Source: a virus
Taxonomy: Duplodnaviria > Caudoviricetes
IMG/VR virus record: IMGVR_UViG_3300021962_000134
Span: 1 to 54,512 of that record
Reading direction: 5' to 3' (one strand)
Length of the DNA: 54,512 nt
Part shown: in pieces, positions 45,405 to 54,512 of the stretch
Layout: every line of letters begins with the position of its first letter
Position numbering within the stretch: the stretch's first letter is position 1
Made by a program: the position numbers and the translations under genes
Notes under the pieces: model-generated
What the model saw: only the letters and a program-made list of their open reading frames with translations
The model's database searches: none
What the model was told of the DNA's origin: nothing

Positions 45405-46811
45405 ATGGCTTCTGCTCGCAAAGCTAAAGGGAAAAAGTCAGTCGCTATAAGCGACATATCTGGCTTTAAAGTCCCATATAAAGAACTCAAGACTACTTGG
45501 GAAGGCTTTCGAGTAGAGCCAGAGGAGTACGATCCTAAGCAACCCCAGCTAACCCCACCCCGAAATGTTATCGACGCAACCGCGCTGTTTAAACCGCGTC
45601 CTGACACAGATCCTGAGAACGTAGAGATTTACATCGGTTATACATTTGACCCGTTCATCCCTATTCAACAAAGACCAGGAGTTGGAATTGGTTCTTTGGG
45701 TAGTGTTGGTTATGCTGGCAATGTCAGATATGACTACGTTTTCAATGTAACTGGGGTTTCGTCCACTGGCGCGATTGGAACTGTAACCATATCTGATAAC
45801 GAAGATGTGGTGACTACAGGGGTGGCTGCAACCGGAGCAGTTGAAGGGTTTGGAATTACCGGAAACGGTAATGTGATGATCATCGCAACTGGAATCTCTG
45901 GTGTTGGCGCAGTTGGAACAACAGGTGTTGAAACTCCGGGAACTGACGCAGTAGTCACAGGAGTGGCATCGACAGGTGCAATTGGAACAGTATCGCTTTA
46001 CATATCTCTGGATGCATATGTAACTGGAGTCTCTTCTACAGGAGCAACAGGAACTGAAGTTCTTGAAGGTGAGATTACCGAGACTGGGGTTGCCGGAACT
46101 GGTGCAATCGGAACTGAAGTCCCAGAGTCAGAGATAACTGAAACAGGCGTAGCTGCAACTGGAGCAATCGGAACTGAGAGCATTAGCGCAGGGGTGACAA
46201 TCACCGAGACTGGGGTTTCCGCGACTGGTGCAACTGGAACTGTATCACCAGAGTCTGAAATAACCGAGACTGGGGTTGCTGCAACTGGTGCGATAGGAAT
46301 TGAAATACCAGAATCAGAGATATCCGAGACTGGGGTAGCAACAACAGGTCAAGTTGAAGGCTTTGGAATATCAGGTAACGGTAACATCCAGATCATTGCA
46401 ACTGGTATCTCAGGAACTGGCGCAACTGGTAATGTCGGTCTTGAGGAAGCAACCGCTATCATTAATGAATCTAACAATACTGGCTGGGGCGAGCAGGATT
46501 GGGGCGAAGACATATGGGGCGGGCAACCTGAAATTGTTGCTTATGGCGATATTGGAACTGTTTCAATTGATGTGTTCATCGGTCCAAACGTAACAGGTGT
46601 TGCTGGAACTGGAAATGTAGGCTCAGAAACTCCAGAGGCTGAAATAACTGAAACAGGCGTGGCTGCAACAGGTAACATTGGAACAATCAGCAACGAAACT
46701 GAAGAGAGCATCACTGGACTAAGCTCAACCGGAGCAATAGGAACAGCACAAGCATACGTCGATCCGGGATGGGGCGAGGGTACTTGGAGTGAAGGAGATT
46801 GGGGTGAATAA
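45405..46811 (+). CDS. Virion protein: globular N-terminal domain plus acidic TGV.ATGA.G repeats
   Basis: SDISGF..PY.EL...W.G..V...EYDPKQPQL, then tandem ~20-aa repeats and WG motifs. Confidence 0.7.
   Translation: MASARKAKGKKSVAISDISGFKVPYKELKTTWEGFRVEPEEYDPKQPQLTPPRNVIDATALFKPRPDTDPENVEIYIGYTFDPFIPIQQRPGVGIGSLGSVGYAGNVRYDYVFNVTGVSSTGAIGTVTISDNEDVVTTGVAATGAVEGFGITGNGNVMIIATGISGVGAVGTTGVETPGTDAVVTGVASTGAIGTVSLYISLDAYVTGVSSTGATGTEVLEGEITETGVAGTGAIGTEVPESEITETGVAATGAIGTESISAGVTITETGVSATGATGTVSPESEITETGVAATGAIGIEIPESEISETGVATTGQVEGFGISGNGNIQIIATGISGTGATGNVGLEEATAIINESNNTGWGEQDWGEDIWGGQPEIVAYGDIGTVSIDVFIGPNVTGVAGTGNVGSETPEAEITETGVAATGNIGTISNETEESITGLSSTGAIGTAQAYVDPGWGEGTWSEGDWGE
46020..46350 (+). 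repeat. Tandem ~60-nt coding repeats (EITETGVAATGAIGTE.PES)
   Basis: ACCGAGACTGGGGT recurs at about 46077, 46203, 46263 and, with one change, 46323; related units flank them. Confidence 0.8.
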
Positions 46812-47435
46812 ATGAATTACACGACTTTGGTAGCCAACATACAAAACTTCGTGGAAGATGATTCCACAGAGCTCGAGGCATCGATCCCTCAGATCATTGC
46901 TCAAGCCGAGGAGATGATTTTCCAAAGATTGCCTAATTTGCCTTGTTTCCGTAAGACCTCGACTGCTTCGATGGTGGCTGGGACAGCAGATTACACATTG
47001 GCATCGGCTAGGATGATCAGACAATTCTCCATAACCAATTCAGGCAATGTGAGCTACTTGGATCATAGGATCGACTCATATTTAAGGGATTATTGGCCTA
47101 ATTCTTCAACACAAGGCACACCGATAATGTACAGCACCAAGACTGCCAGTACTTCTGGTATAACGGTTACGGTGGCTCCAACGCCAGACAGCACATATTC
47201 GTACACAATTGATTATATAGCACCAGAAACGGGACTTTCTTCAGGAAACCCGAACACTTGGATCAGCGATAATGCTGAAGTTGTGTTGCTTTCTGCAAGT
47301 TTATATGAAACTTCTGCTTTTCTTAAAGCCGCAGAAACATTAAACTTGTACAAGGCACAGTTCGATGAGGCTATTCAATTGTTCCAGCAGGAAATGAGTC
47401 GAAACTACAACGCAGAATACAACGGAGGTATTTAA
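46812..47435 (+). CDS. Adaptor/connector-like virion protein
   Basis: I.QAE..I, G.P..Y, APTPD, TW.S.NA...LL..SL.E...FLK. Confidence 0.65.
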   Translation: MNYTTLVANIQNFVEDDSTELEASIPQIIAQAEEMIFQRLPNLPCFRKTSTASMVAGTADYTLASARMIRQFSITNSGNVSYLDHRIDSYLRDYWPNSSTQGTPIMYSTKTASTSGITVTVAPTPDSTYSYTIDYIAPETGLSSGNPNTWISDNAEVVLLSASLYETSAFLKAAETLNLYKAQFDEAIQLFQQEMSRNYNAEYNGGI

Positions 47436-47437
47436 TC

Positions 47438-47854
47438 ATGGCTATCACTCAAGCAATGTGTACCAGCTTCAAAGAAGATTTACTTCAAAAAGAGCAGGAT
47501 TTAGACACAGATACTATTAAAATTGCGCTTTACACTTCTTCAGCCACGCTCGATGCAAGCACAACCGCATATACCGCAAGTAATGAGGTCAGCGGAACGG
47601 GCTATACGGCTGGTGGCGTAACACTCACAGGTGCAACAATCGGCACAAGCAGCACAACTGCTTATGTGGATTTTGACGATCCAGAGTGGACAAGTGCATC
47701 TTTCACAGCTCGCGGAGCTTTAATTTATAACAGCACAGCTTCAAACCAATCAATTGCGGTTCTGGATTTTGGCGGTGACTTCACTGTTTCTTCCGGTACT
47801 TTTAGAATTGTGTTTCCAGCAGCTGGTGCAACCGCTATCATTAGATTAGATTAA
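47438..47854 (+). CDS. Virion structural protein
   Basis: MAITQAMCTSFK, KIALYTS.A, NEVSGTGYTAGG, TARGALIYN, VLDFGGD. Confidence 0.75.
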   Translation: MAITQAMCTSFKEDLLQKEQDLDTDTIKIALYTSSATLDASTTAYTASNEVSGTGYTAGGVTLTGATIGTSSTTAYVDFDDPEWTSASFTARGALIYNSTASNQSIAVLDFGGDFTVSSGTFRIVFPAAGATAIIRLD

Positions 47855-47865
47855 GGGGTAATTAA

Positions 47866-49152
47866 ATGCCTAGTACATACGTTAATAATCTCCGATTGGA
47901 GGAGATGGCCACCGGAGAAAAGTCCGGGACTTGGGGGACCATAACCAACACCAATCTTGAGCTGATTGGCGAAGCACTGGGCTATGGTACTGAGGCTATG
48001 GCTTCAGATGCGGACACAACCATCACGATGCAGGATGCAACAGCTGATGGAGTCCGCGCTCTTTATCTTAAAATCACTTCTGGTGTAAGTCTGACAACAA
48101 CCAGAACGGTTACACTCGCCCCAAATACAGTAAGCAAGGTTTGGATTATTGAAAACGCCACCACTGGTAGCCAATCAATATCCATAGCTCAAGGCAGTGG
48201 CGGAACGGTAACAATCCCGAATGGGGCAGTTAAAGTTGTTTACTCTGACGGGGCTGGTGCTGGCGCAGCTGTGACCGATGCATTGGTTGATCTTGATCTT
48301 GCGTCTTTCAGCATTGCCGGAACTGCGGTAACTTCCACAGCAGCAGAACTTAACATCCTAGATGGCGTAACTGCTTCAACCGCAGAACTTAACTACAACG
48401 ACATCACCACGCTCGGAACTGTCGAGGCATCCAAGACTGTAACTGCTGACGCAAACGGAGATGTTAAATGGGGCGATGGTGACAAAGCTATATTTGGCAC
48501 TGATTCTGATCTAAGAATTGAGCATGATGGAAGTAACGCTTATATAGATAACGTCACAGGCGGAACTTTTATTAGAACTAATAACACAGAGAACTCAATA
48601 GTAGCTTTGGCAAATGATGGTGTGACTCTTTACTACGACAACGCAGCCAAACTCGCCACAGCAACAGGCGGAGTAACCGTTACTGGTACTGTGACTGCTA
48701 TAAATGCAGCAACGCAAGACGCAATGATTGTCTCTGGTCGAGCTGGTGGATCAAGCTCTTACACAGTTACGCTTCAGCCAGCCACTCTGTCAGCAAGTCG
48801 TTCAGTAACTTTCCCAGACGGTGGCGGTAACTACAGTGTTGGTTATCAAAACTTACCGGCTGTTGGAACAAAAACAGGTTCTTACACTTTAGCAGTTGCG
48901 GACATTGGAAAATATGTTCAAGTTGGATCTGGTGGCTCGATCACCATCCCAGACGCAACATTTGCTGAAGGCGATGCAATTTCTATATTTAATAACACCA
49001 CTGGTGACATAACAATCACTTGTTCAATCACAACTGCTTATATAGCAGGGACTGATTCAGATGTTGCCACAGCAACATTGGCTACTAGGGGTGTTGCTAC
49101 TATTTTATTTATCTCTTCCACCGTCTGTGTGATCGCAGGGAATGTGAGCTAA
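47866..49152 (+). CDS. Tail fibre protein
   Basis: L.LE.M.TGE.SGTWG..TNTNL N-terminal anchor, TAAELNILDGVT, FG.DSDL.I.HDG, V.LYYDN..KL.T. Confidence 0.8.
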   Translation: MPSTYVNNLRLEEMATGEKSGTWGTITNTNLELIGEALGYGTEAMASDADTTITMQDATADGVRALYLKITSGVSLTTTRTVTLAPNTVSKVWIIENATTGSQSISIAQGSGGTVTIPNGAVKVVYSDGAGAGAAVTDALVDLDLASFSIAGTAVTSTAAELNILDGVTASTAELNYNDITTLGTVEASKTVTADANGDVKWGDGDKAIFGTDSDLRIEHDGSNAYIDNVTGGTFIRTNNTENSIVALANDGVTLYYDNAAKLATATGGVTVTGTVTAINAATQDAMIVSGRAGGSSSYTVTLQPATLSASRSVTFPDGGGNYSVGYQNLPAVGTKTGSYTLAVADIGKYVQVGSGGSITIPDATFAEGDAISIFNNTTGDITITCSITTAYIAGTDSDVATATLATRGVATILFISSTVCVIAGNVS

Positions 49153-49155
49153 TAA

Positions 49156-51576
49156 ATGACCGGAATACTCCAGATTGTCCTAAGTGCTTTCCAAAGCGGA
49201 ACCCCATTAGATATTGATTATCTAGTTATTGCCGGAGGTGGTGGTGGCGGCGGAGGCAATGTCAACAATGGTGGCGGAGGAGGAGCTGGTGGATACAGAA
49301 CCTCTGCTGGTACTTCTGGAGGCGGTGGATCTGCCGAAACTACTTTTAAAGCGTCAGTTGGACAAGCATACACAATTACTGTAGGAGCGGGTGGATCTGG
49401 TGGACAAGCCTCTGATGATGCTTCTGGAGTTGGTAATAATGGTTCAAACTCTGTTTTAGGATCAATTACTTCACTTGGTGGTGGAGGTGGAGGTGCTTTC
49501 CAAAACAACGGATCTAGCGGTGGTTCTGGTGGTGGAGGTGGTGGTTCTGCCTCTGCTGGAGCTGGAACTGCTAACCAAGGATACGCAGGAGGAAATGGAA
49601 TTGGTGGCGGAGGAGGAGCTGGTGCTGTCGGTGGTAATGGTAATCCAAATCCCGGAGGTACAGGTGTCTCTTCTTCAATAACTGGAAGTGCTGTCACTAG
49701 AGGTGGCGGTGGCGGTGGATCAGCTTTTGGTTCTGCTGGTGGATCAGGTGGCGGTGGAACGGGTGGTAACTATAATCCGGGATCTGATTCAAGTGCAGGC
49801 ACTGCCAATACAGGCGGTGGTGGCGGTGGTAATGGATACCATGTACCCGGAGTTGGAGGAACAGGCTCAACAGGCGGTTCTGGAGTTGTAATTCTAAAAG
49901 TTCCAACAACCCATAGCGCATTTTTCTCTAGTGGTGTTACTTATTCTGTTAGCACTTCAGTTTCCGGTTACAACATTTATACAGTAACCGCTACATCGAC
50001 CACATCGGAGACCGTTACATTCTCTGAGGGTGTTTCTGCTGACTATTTAGTTGTTGGATCTGGTGGTGGTGGAAAAAACTATCAGGGTGGAGGTGGTGGT
50101 GAGGTTAGTTCGTACAATAATCAAAGTTTTTTACTTGAAACAGCTTATACAGTTACAGTAGGTGCTGGTGGCGCGATAAATACTGACGGTAATGATTCTG
50201 TCTTTATAAACACAGCAAGTAAAGGATTTCGCGGAAGTCAGGTAAATAGTTTTGCTGTTGCTGGTACGAGCGGAAGTGGTAATGCTGGAGGTGTTGGAGC
50301 TAACCTTGGCAACCCGTTTTTAGGTGGTGGCGGTGGTGGTGATTCTGCCGTTGGTGGAAATTCTTCCGGATCAACATCGGGATCAGGCGGTGCAGGAACT
50401 GCTAATTCAATCACAGGATCAAGTGTTACAAGAGGTGGCGGTGGCGGAGCTGGTGTAGAAGGCAGTGGATCTCGCGGCACTGGTGGTGCAGGCGGTGGTG
50501 GTAATGGCTCTGGCCCTAATTCTAATAATGGTTCAGCAGGAAGCGCAAACACAGGCGGTGGTGGCGGTGGTGGAGATGGTGGGAACACAAATAGTGGATA
50601 TGCCGGAGGTTCTGGTGTTGTAATTATTAAAGTTCCAAATAACGTAGCAGCAGTTTTCTCTGGTGGTGTAACTTCATCACTTTCAACCGCTGTGTCGGGT
50701 TACAGAGTTTATTCTGTAACTGCAACAAGCACCACAAGCGAAACAGTTACTTTTGTTCAAGACTTCCCTGCTAATATCCTTGCTCAAGCAGGTGGTGGAG
50801 GTAGTGGTAATGGTACTGTTCCCGGATCTCCCGGAACAGGTGGTGGAGGTGGAGCTGGCGGCTTAGTCTATGCTGAGAATTATTATCTTGCTGTAGGAAC
50901 ATCTTATACTGTTACAGTAGGTGGCGGAGGAGGTGCTCAATCTAACGGTAGCAACTCTGTATTTGGTCCTGCAACTGCAAACGGTGGCGGTGCTGGTCAA
51001 CAAACTGGAACAGGATCAACAGGTGGTTGTGGTGGCGGAGCTGGAACAAATCCGTTTGGTACAGCATACCCTGCAGCACCAAGTAATCAATCGTCAACTC
51101 CAGCTACAGGCTTTACTGGGTATGGTAATGCTGGTGGATATCGTGTTATTTATGGCGGGTCTGGCGGTGGTGGAGGTACTGGTGCTGCTGGTCAAGGTGA
51201 AGGTTCTAGGGCAGGTGGAGTTGGTAGAGATTACTCTTCAGTATTTGGTTCAAGCGTTGGAGACTCTGGGTACTTTGGTGGTGGCGGTGGAGGAGCTGCT
51301 GGAGGACCGGGAGGTACTGGTGGTGGCGGTAATGGCATCACAAATGGACAAGGAATTTTTGGAACAGCTAATACCGGAGGAGGTGGTGGGGGTACTCACA
51401 ATTATTCGCCGGGATCGTCAGGTGGTTCTGGAGTAGTTTTGATTAAAGTACCAGACACAAGAACTGCTAACTTCTCAGGTGGTGTAACTTATTCTACTGA
51501 TACATCTATGACTGGATATAAGATATATGAGGTAACCGCAACTTCAACTACATCTGAAACAGTATATTTCACATAA
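49156..51576 (+). CDS. Glycine-rich tail fibre/adhesin with three repeated modules
   Basis: Three units of YLV.AGGG ... ANTGGGGGG ... GGSGVVI.KVP ... VTATSTTSETV.F. Confidence 0.8.
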   Translation: MTGILQIVLSAFQSGTPLDIDYLVIAGGGGGGGGNVNNGGGGGAGGYRTSAGTSGGGGSAETTFKASVGQAYTITVGAGGSGGQASDDASGVGNNGSNSVLGSITSLGGGGGGAFQNNGSSGGSGGGGGGSASAGAGTANQGYAGGNGIGGGGGAGAVGGNGNPNPGGTGVSSSITGSAVTRGGGGGGSAFGSAGGSGGGGTGGNYNPGSDSSAGTANTGGGGGGNGYHVPGVGGTGSTGGSGVVILKVPTTHSAFFSSGVTYSVSTSVSGYNIYTVTATSTTSETVTFSEGVSADYLVVGSGGGGKNYQGGGGGEVSSYNNQSFLLETAYTVTVGAGGAINTDGNDSVFINTASKGFRGSQVNSFAVAGTSGSGNAGGVGANLGNPFLGGGGGGDSAVGGNSSGSTSGSGGAGTANSITGSSVTRGGGGGAGVEGSGSRGTGGAGGGGNGSGPNSNNGSAGSANTGGGGGGGDGGNTNSGYAGGSGVVIIKVPNNVAAVFSGGVTSSLSTAVSGYRVYSVTATSTTSETVTFVQDFPANILAQAGGGGSGNGTVPGSPGTGGGGGAGGLVYAENYYLAVGTSYTVTVGGGGGAQSNGSNSVFGPATANGGGAGQQTGTGSTGGCGGGAGTNPFGTAYPAAPSNQSSTPATGFTGYGNAGGYRVIYGGSGGGGGTGAAGQGEGSRAGGVGRDYSSVFGSSVGDSGYFGGGGGGAAGGPGGTGGGGNGITNGQGIFGTANTGGGGGGTHNYSPGSSGGSGVVLIKVPDTRTANFSGGVTYSTDTSMTGYKIYEVTATSTTSETVYFT

Positions 51577-51585
51577 GGACATAAC

Positions 51586-51981
51586 ATGGCGCATTTTGCA
51601 AAATTAGATGAAAACAATATCGTGGTCTATGTCACAGTTGGTCGTGATGAAGATAACGGCAAAGAAGATGAGCTGACTGCTCGAACTGGGGATGTGTATA
51701 AACAAACGTCTTATAATACAAAAGGCGGTGTTCATTACGACCCAGAAACAAATGAGCCAAGCGCAGATCAATCCAAAGCGTTCAGAAAAAATTATGCTGG
51801 ACTAGGTTATACCTACGATGCTGGCAGGGATGCTTTTATTCCACCAAAGCCGTTTGCTTCTTGGGTGCTTAATGAGACAACGTGCTTATGGGATGCGCCA
51901 ATTCCTCTTCCATCAGATAGCGATACTGTTGAATACATTTGGGACGAAGACACTACGTCTTGGGTAGTTTACAATCCATGA
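51586..51981 (+). CDS. Conserved protein accompanying Gly-rich fibres (assembly chaperone-like)
   Basis: MAHFAKLD, QTSYN, FRKNYAG.G..YD...DAFIPPKP..SW.L....C.W.AP...YIWDE. Confidence 0.75.
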   Translation: MAHFAKLDENNIVVYVTVGRDEDNGKEDELTARTGDVYKQTSYNTKGGVHYDPETNEPSADQSKAFRKNYAGLGYTYDAGRDAFIPPKPFASWVLNETTCLWDAPIPLPSDSDTVEYIWDEDTTSWVVYNP

Positions 51982-52580
51982 TATTCGGACTTTTTGCTAC
52001 ACCAATTGGACGACATGATATTGAAAGAGAATTAACAGAAAAGGAAATTTCTTTTGTTAAAAATCTGGAAACAACAAAAAATGAAGGCAATGTTAATAGT
52101 GTAAATACTTACATTTTAAATGAGCCAGAGTTAAAAGATATAAATGAATTTTTAGAGACAAAGGTTAAAGAATATTTTTTAGAAACATATATACCTAAAG
52201 ATGATTTTGATTTAGCAATAACACAATCTTGGTCAAATGTTACTAAAAAAGATGAATATCACCACAAACATAGTCATGCAAATTCACTTATATCTGGAGT
52301 TTTTTATGTTCAAGCGGATGAAAACAAAGACAAAATACATTTTTTTAAAGAACAGATTAATACGTTAGATGTATATTCTGAAAATTTTAATGAGTGGAAT
52401 GCGCAAAGTTGGTGGTTTCCAGTTAAAACAGGACAACTTTTTTTGTTTCCCTCAAGATTACATCACATGGTAGAACGTTTAGATCATGATCAAGAAAGAA
52501 TTAGCATAGCGTTTAATACATTCCCATACGGTTTGTTAGGTAGGAAAGAAAGTTTAACTCAACTCAAAGTTAACAGGTGA
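51978..52580 (+). CDS. Putative 2OG-Fe(II) oxygenase (TIGR02466-like)
   Basis: SW.N, H.H.NS..SGVFY, LFPS.L.H.V, RISIAFN; start ATG 51978 overlaps the upstream stop. Confidence 0.85.
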   Translation: MIFGLFATPIGRHDIERELTEKEISFVKNLETTKNEGNVNSVNTYILNEPELKDINEFLETKVKEYFLETYIPKDDFDLAITQSWSNVTKKDEYHHKHSHANSLISGVFYVQADENKDKIHFFKEQINTLDVYSENFNEWNAQSWWFPVKTGQLFLFPSRLHHMVERLDHDQERISIAFNTFPYGLLGRKESLTQLKVNR

Positions 52581-52583
52581 TTA

Positions 52584-52781
52584 ATGAAACTTATTAAAGT
52601 TACAAATGCAACAAAAGGAAGGATAGGGGAAGGTCTAATAATTAACACTGACCTTATTGTTTCTTTTTTTGAGCACACTCAAGAAGATGGTGAAAAGGTG
52701 ACTGTTGCTTTCGGGATGAATAATAATACTTGGGAAATTAAAGAAACCATAGACGAAATAAACGCTTTGATACAAGAATGA
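52584..52781 (+). CDS. Small protein, FlbD-like pattern
   Basis: MKLIKVT...IN.D.I....E...T...KETIDEI. Confidence 0.55.
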   Translation: MKLIKVTNATKGRIGEGLIINTDLIVSFFEHTQEDGEKVTVAFGMNNNTWEIKETIDEINALIQE

Positions 52782-52990
52782 ACGAACAGAACATCAGCCC
52801 TAAAGAATTTGGCGCATTACAAGCAGACGTTAAGAACCTTGCACGAGAGATCAGTTTGCTACGCAAAGATATGGCGCAAGTGAACGCGGTGATCAATCAA
52901 AGCAGAGGTGGGATTTATGTTGTGATGTTTGTCGCAGGATTAATCGGTTCTGCGATCACATTAGGTATTAAAAAGTTGCTGGGGCTGTGA
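52778..52990 (+). CDS. Coiled coil plus C-terminal TM protein
   Basis: FG.L.A.V..L...GGIYVVMFVAGLIGSAITL. Confidence 0.7.
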   Translation: MNEQNISPKEFGALQADVKNLAREISLLRKDMAQVNAVINQSRGGIYVVMFVAGLIGSAITLGIKKLLGL

Positions 52991-53211
52991 TGACAGCCGA
53001 AGCGTTTTTAAAATTAAAAATACTGCCCCGATTAATGATGGCGATCATGACCGTTATGAGTTGGCGAGTGGTGGAATGGTTCATGACTTTGCCAGACCCA
53101 AGTCCTAGTCAAGCTGGGTTGGTATCGGTGGTGACAGGAGCGATGACTGGTGCTTTTGCGATTTGGATGAACCATGAAAAAGAATCCTCGAGACCCGCTA
53201 GTCAGCCTTAA
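52987..53211 (+). CDS. Two-TM membrane protein (holin-like)
   Basis: ILPRLMM...WFM.LPDP...QAGLVSVVTGAMTGAFAIWM. Confidence 0.7.
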   Translation: MMTAEAFLKLKILPRLMMAIMTVMSWRVVEWFMTLPDPSPSQAGLVSVVTGAMTGAFAIWMNHEKESSRPASQP

Positions 53212-53785
53212 AAATTTAATAAGCATTGGATCTTTTTTATTAATTGTTCCAACCAATGCTTTTGCCGTAGATACTGTAACCAGCAGCACTGTCTCGAGCA
53301 CTGTCTCGAGTTCCTCTAACACCGTCGGGACTACAACCGTAGACCGCACCCCATCAACCGCCAGCTCACCGAGCATCAGTGTGATTAACTCTGATATCTG
53401 TACAACGGGGGTTTCTGGTGCAGTGCAAACACAGATATTTGGTATCTCTGGTGGAACAACCATTCGAGATGTGAACTGCGAAAACTTAAAATTATCCAGA
53501 CAGCTTTACGCTATGGGTATGAAGGTTGCAGCTGTGGCTTTGCTTTGTGAAGCGGATTACAGAGTGTTTCAGGCAATGTGGGATGCTGGGACTTATTGTC
53601 CTATTGACGGGCTGATTGGTAAAAAAGCTAAAACCCAATGGCTGGCGAACCTAGATCGAGTTCCAGATGGTGCATTGGTTAACGAAAAACAAAAGGTTGC
53701 AATGCTTTACGAAGAAGGTCTGAAGAAAGATCGTGAAGCTCGTTCAGATAAAGCTAAACAGCAATGGCCTCACTACGCCCGTTAA
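53174..53785 (+). CDS. Exported Cys-containing protein
   Basis: Signal-like LLIVPTNAFA, Ser/Thr linker, C..G.SGAVQTQ..G.S.G....D.NCE.LKLSR.LY.MGMKVAAVALLC...AGT.CP. Confidence 0.75.
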   Translation: MKKNPRDPLVSLKNLISIGSFLLIVPTNAFAVDTVTSSTVSSTVSSSSNTVGTTTVDRTPSTASSPSISVINSDICTTGVSGAVQTQIFGISGGTTIRDVNCENLKLSRQLYAMGMKVAAVALLCEADYRVFQAMWDAGTYCPIDGLIGKKAKTQWLANLDRVPDGALVNEKQKVAMLYEEGLKKDREARSDKAKQQWPHYAR

Positions 53786-54512
53786 TATTCCTGCTAGTCC
53801 CCAGCATTGGTTTTTGCCAAGAGACCACAGAGAATCTTATTGATGATACTCAATGGGAGATCGACGGAGATGTGGACTTTTGGCAATATGATAATGATAG
53901 CGTTGTATGGGTATATACCAACACTGAAGCCACAGTTTCTCAAAGCATAGATTTAAGTGCTTATGATTACATCGGGGATATTCGTTATGGGATGTCGTCT
54001 TACGGATGTAACAACACTCCTAGTGGAGCATGGTGCGATCAAACCACTGACACTAGTTACTACGACACAATCACTGTGAAGGTCGAGTACGGTGGTGAGA
54101 CTTATACAGATATCGTAACGCTGAATTACAATAATTACTTCGTGGACTATTCTTTCTCGTTCACAGCTACAGCCGACTACGACACAGCCACGATCAGCTT
54201 CACAGCACAAGACGTTGGGGGCTGGAGCGGTTACTATGCCAGCGCGACCAAAGATGTGTTTTTTGAGCTTGACTACAATACTTACACTGATCTGATACTT
54301 ATAGATCCGACCATAACCAATCCTGATCCAGTGGACATTGCGTTTGTTGATCCAGTTGATGTGGCTGATTCAATCGGGGATGTTTCGATTATGGATGTTC
54401 CAGTTGTAGACATCCCAGATATCACGATGGATATGCCAGTCGAGCCAATTGCAACCGATATGAGCGCAGACATGGGGGCAATAGACATCCCAGATATGCA
54501 GATCGAAGAGAT
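53764..54512 (+). CDS. Large exported acidic protein, 3'-truncated (not in the ORF track)
   Basis: MASLRPLIFLLVPSIGFCQETTENLID... stays open to the window end; beta-rich domain followed by an Asp/Pro/Ile low-complexity linker. Confidence 0.8.
   Translation, partial: MASLRPLIFLLVPSIGFCQETTENLIDDTQWEIDGDVDFWQYDNDSVVWVYTNTEATVSQSIDLSAYDYIGDIRYGMSSYGCNNTPSGAWCDQTTDTSYYDTITVKVEYGGETYTDIVTLNYNNYFVDYSFSFTATADYDTATISFTAQDVGGWSGYYASATKDVFFELDYNTYTDLILIDPTITNPDPVDIAFVDPVDVADSIGDVSIMDVPVVDIPDITMDMPVEPIATDMSADMGAIDIPDMQIEE

Noticed and set aside
53764-53820. Lipoprotein (o-spanin) signal at IGFC
   Set aside because: It does not match the L-[AS]-[GA]-C lipobox; more likely a signal peptidase I site.
1115-54488. 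Numerous antisense and alternate-frame ORFs in the track (e.g. 5126-5545, 19404-19838, 34218-34832, 49218-49697, 53953-54210)
   Set aside because: They shadow well-supported genes and lack RBSs or motifs; the Pro-rich ones simply mirror Gly codons.
1-54512. Direct circular join of the two ends
   Set aside because: GAG AT + GAA TCT is out of frame with the ORF at base 1 and soon hits a stop; no terminal repeat seen.
1-54512. Prophage/integrase, tRNA, rRNA, CRISPR array, reverse transcriptase/DGR
   Set aside because: No recombinase or RT motifs, cloverleafs or repeat-spacer arrays were seen by eye; the repeats found are coding or regulatory.

Overview
A near-complete (~54.5 kb) genome of a tailed dsDNA phage, probably a lytic podovirus-type phage of an aquatic proteobacterium. 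No integrase, CI-like repressor, tRNA or CRISPR array was seen. Both window ends appear to fall inside the same exported-protein gene, so the sequence is a permuted genome missing a short piece. There are two arms diverging from a non-coding repeat region at ~29.0-29.45 kb. The minus-strand arm (29.0 to 12.0 kb) carries replication and nucleotide metabolism: SSB-like protein, AEP primase, UvrD-like and SNF2-like helicases, a family C polymerase (DnaE) with separate DnaQ, an atypical ThyX (RTR instead of RHR), an FAD oxidoreductase, a HAD phosphatase, an all-alpha NTP-pyrophosphatase-like protein, a DenV-like glycosylase and a PD-(D/E)XK nuclease. The plus-strand arm (29.45 kb to the end, continuing 1-12 kb) carries terminase, portal, a cluster of tiny basic proteins, GroES, scaffold, major capsid, tail and fibre genes, a 2OG-Fe(II) oxygenase, an unusual exported-protein/lysis cassette, a tail nozzle-like protein, a GNAT and ejection proteins. 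The best candidates for undescribed biology are (1) a putative pyrimidine substitution/modification pathway coupled to DnaE, (2) a G-A-L-x-x-[LF] motif shared by six unrelated late proteins, a possible capsid-targeting signal, (3) a periplasmic multi-protein cassette beside the lysis genes with no canonical o-spanin, and (4) seven matching promoters with a conserved upstream box. All family assignments come from motif recognition by eye, not database searches.
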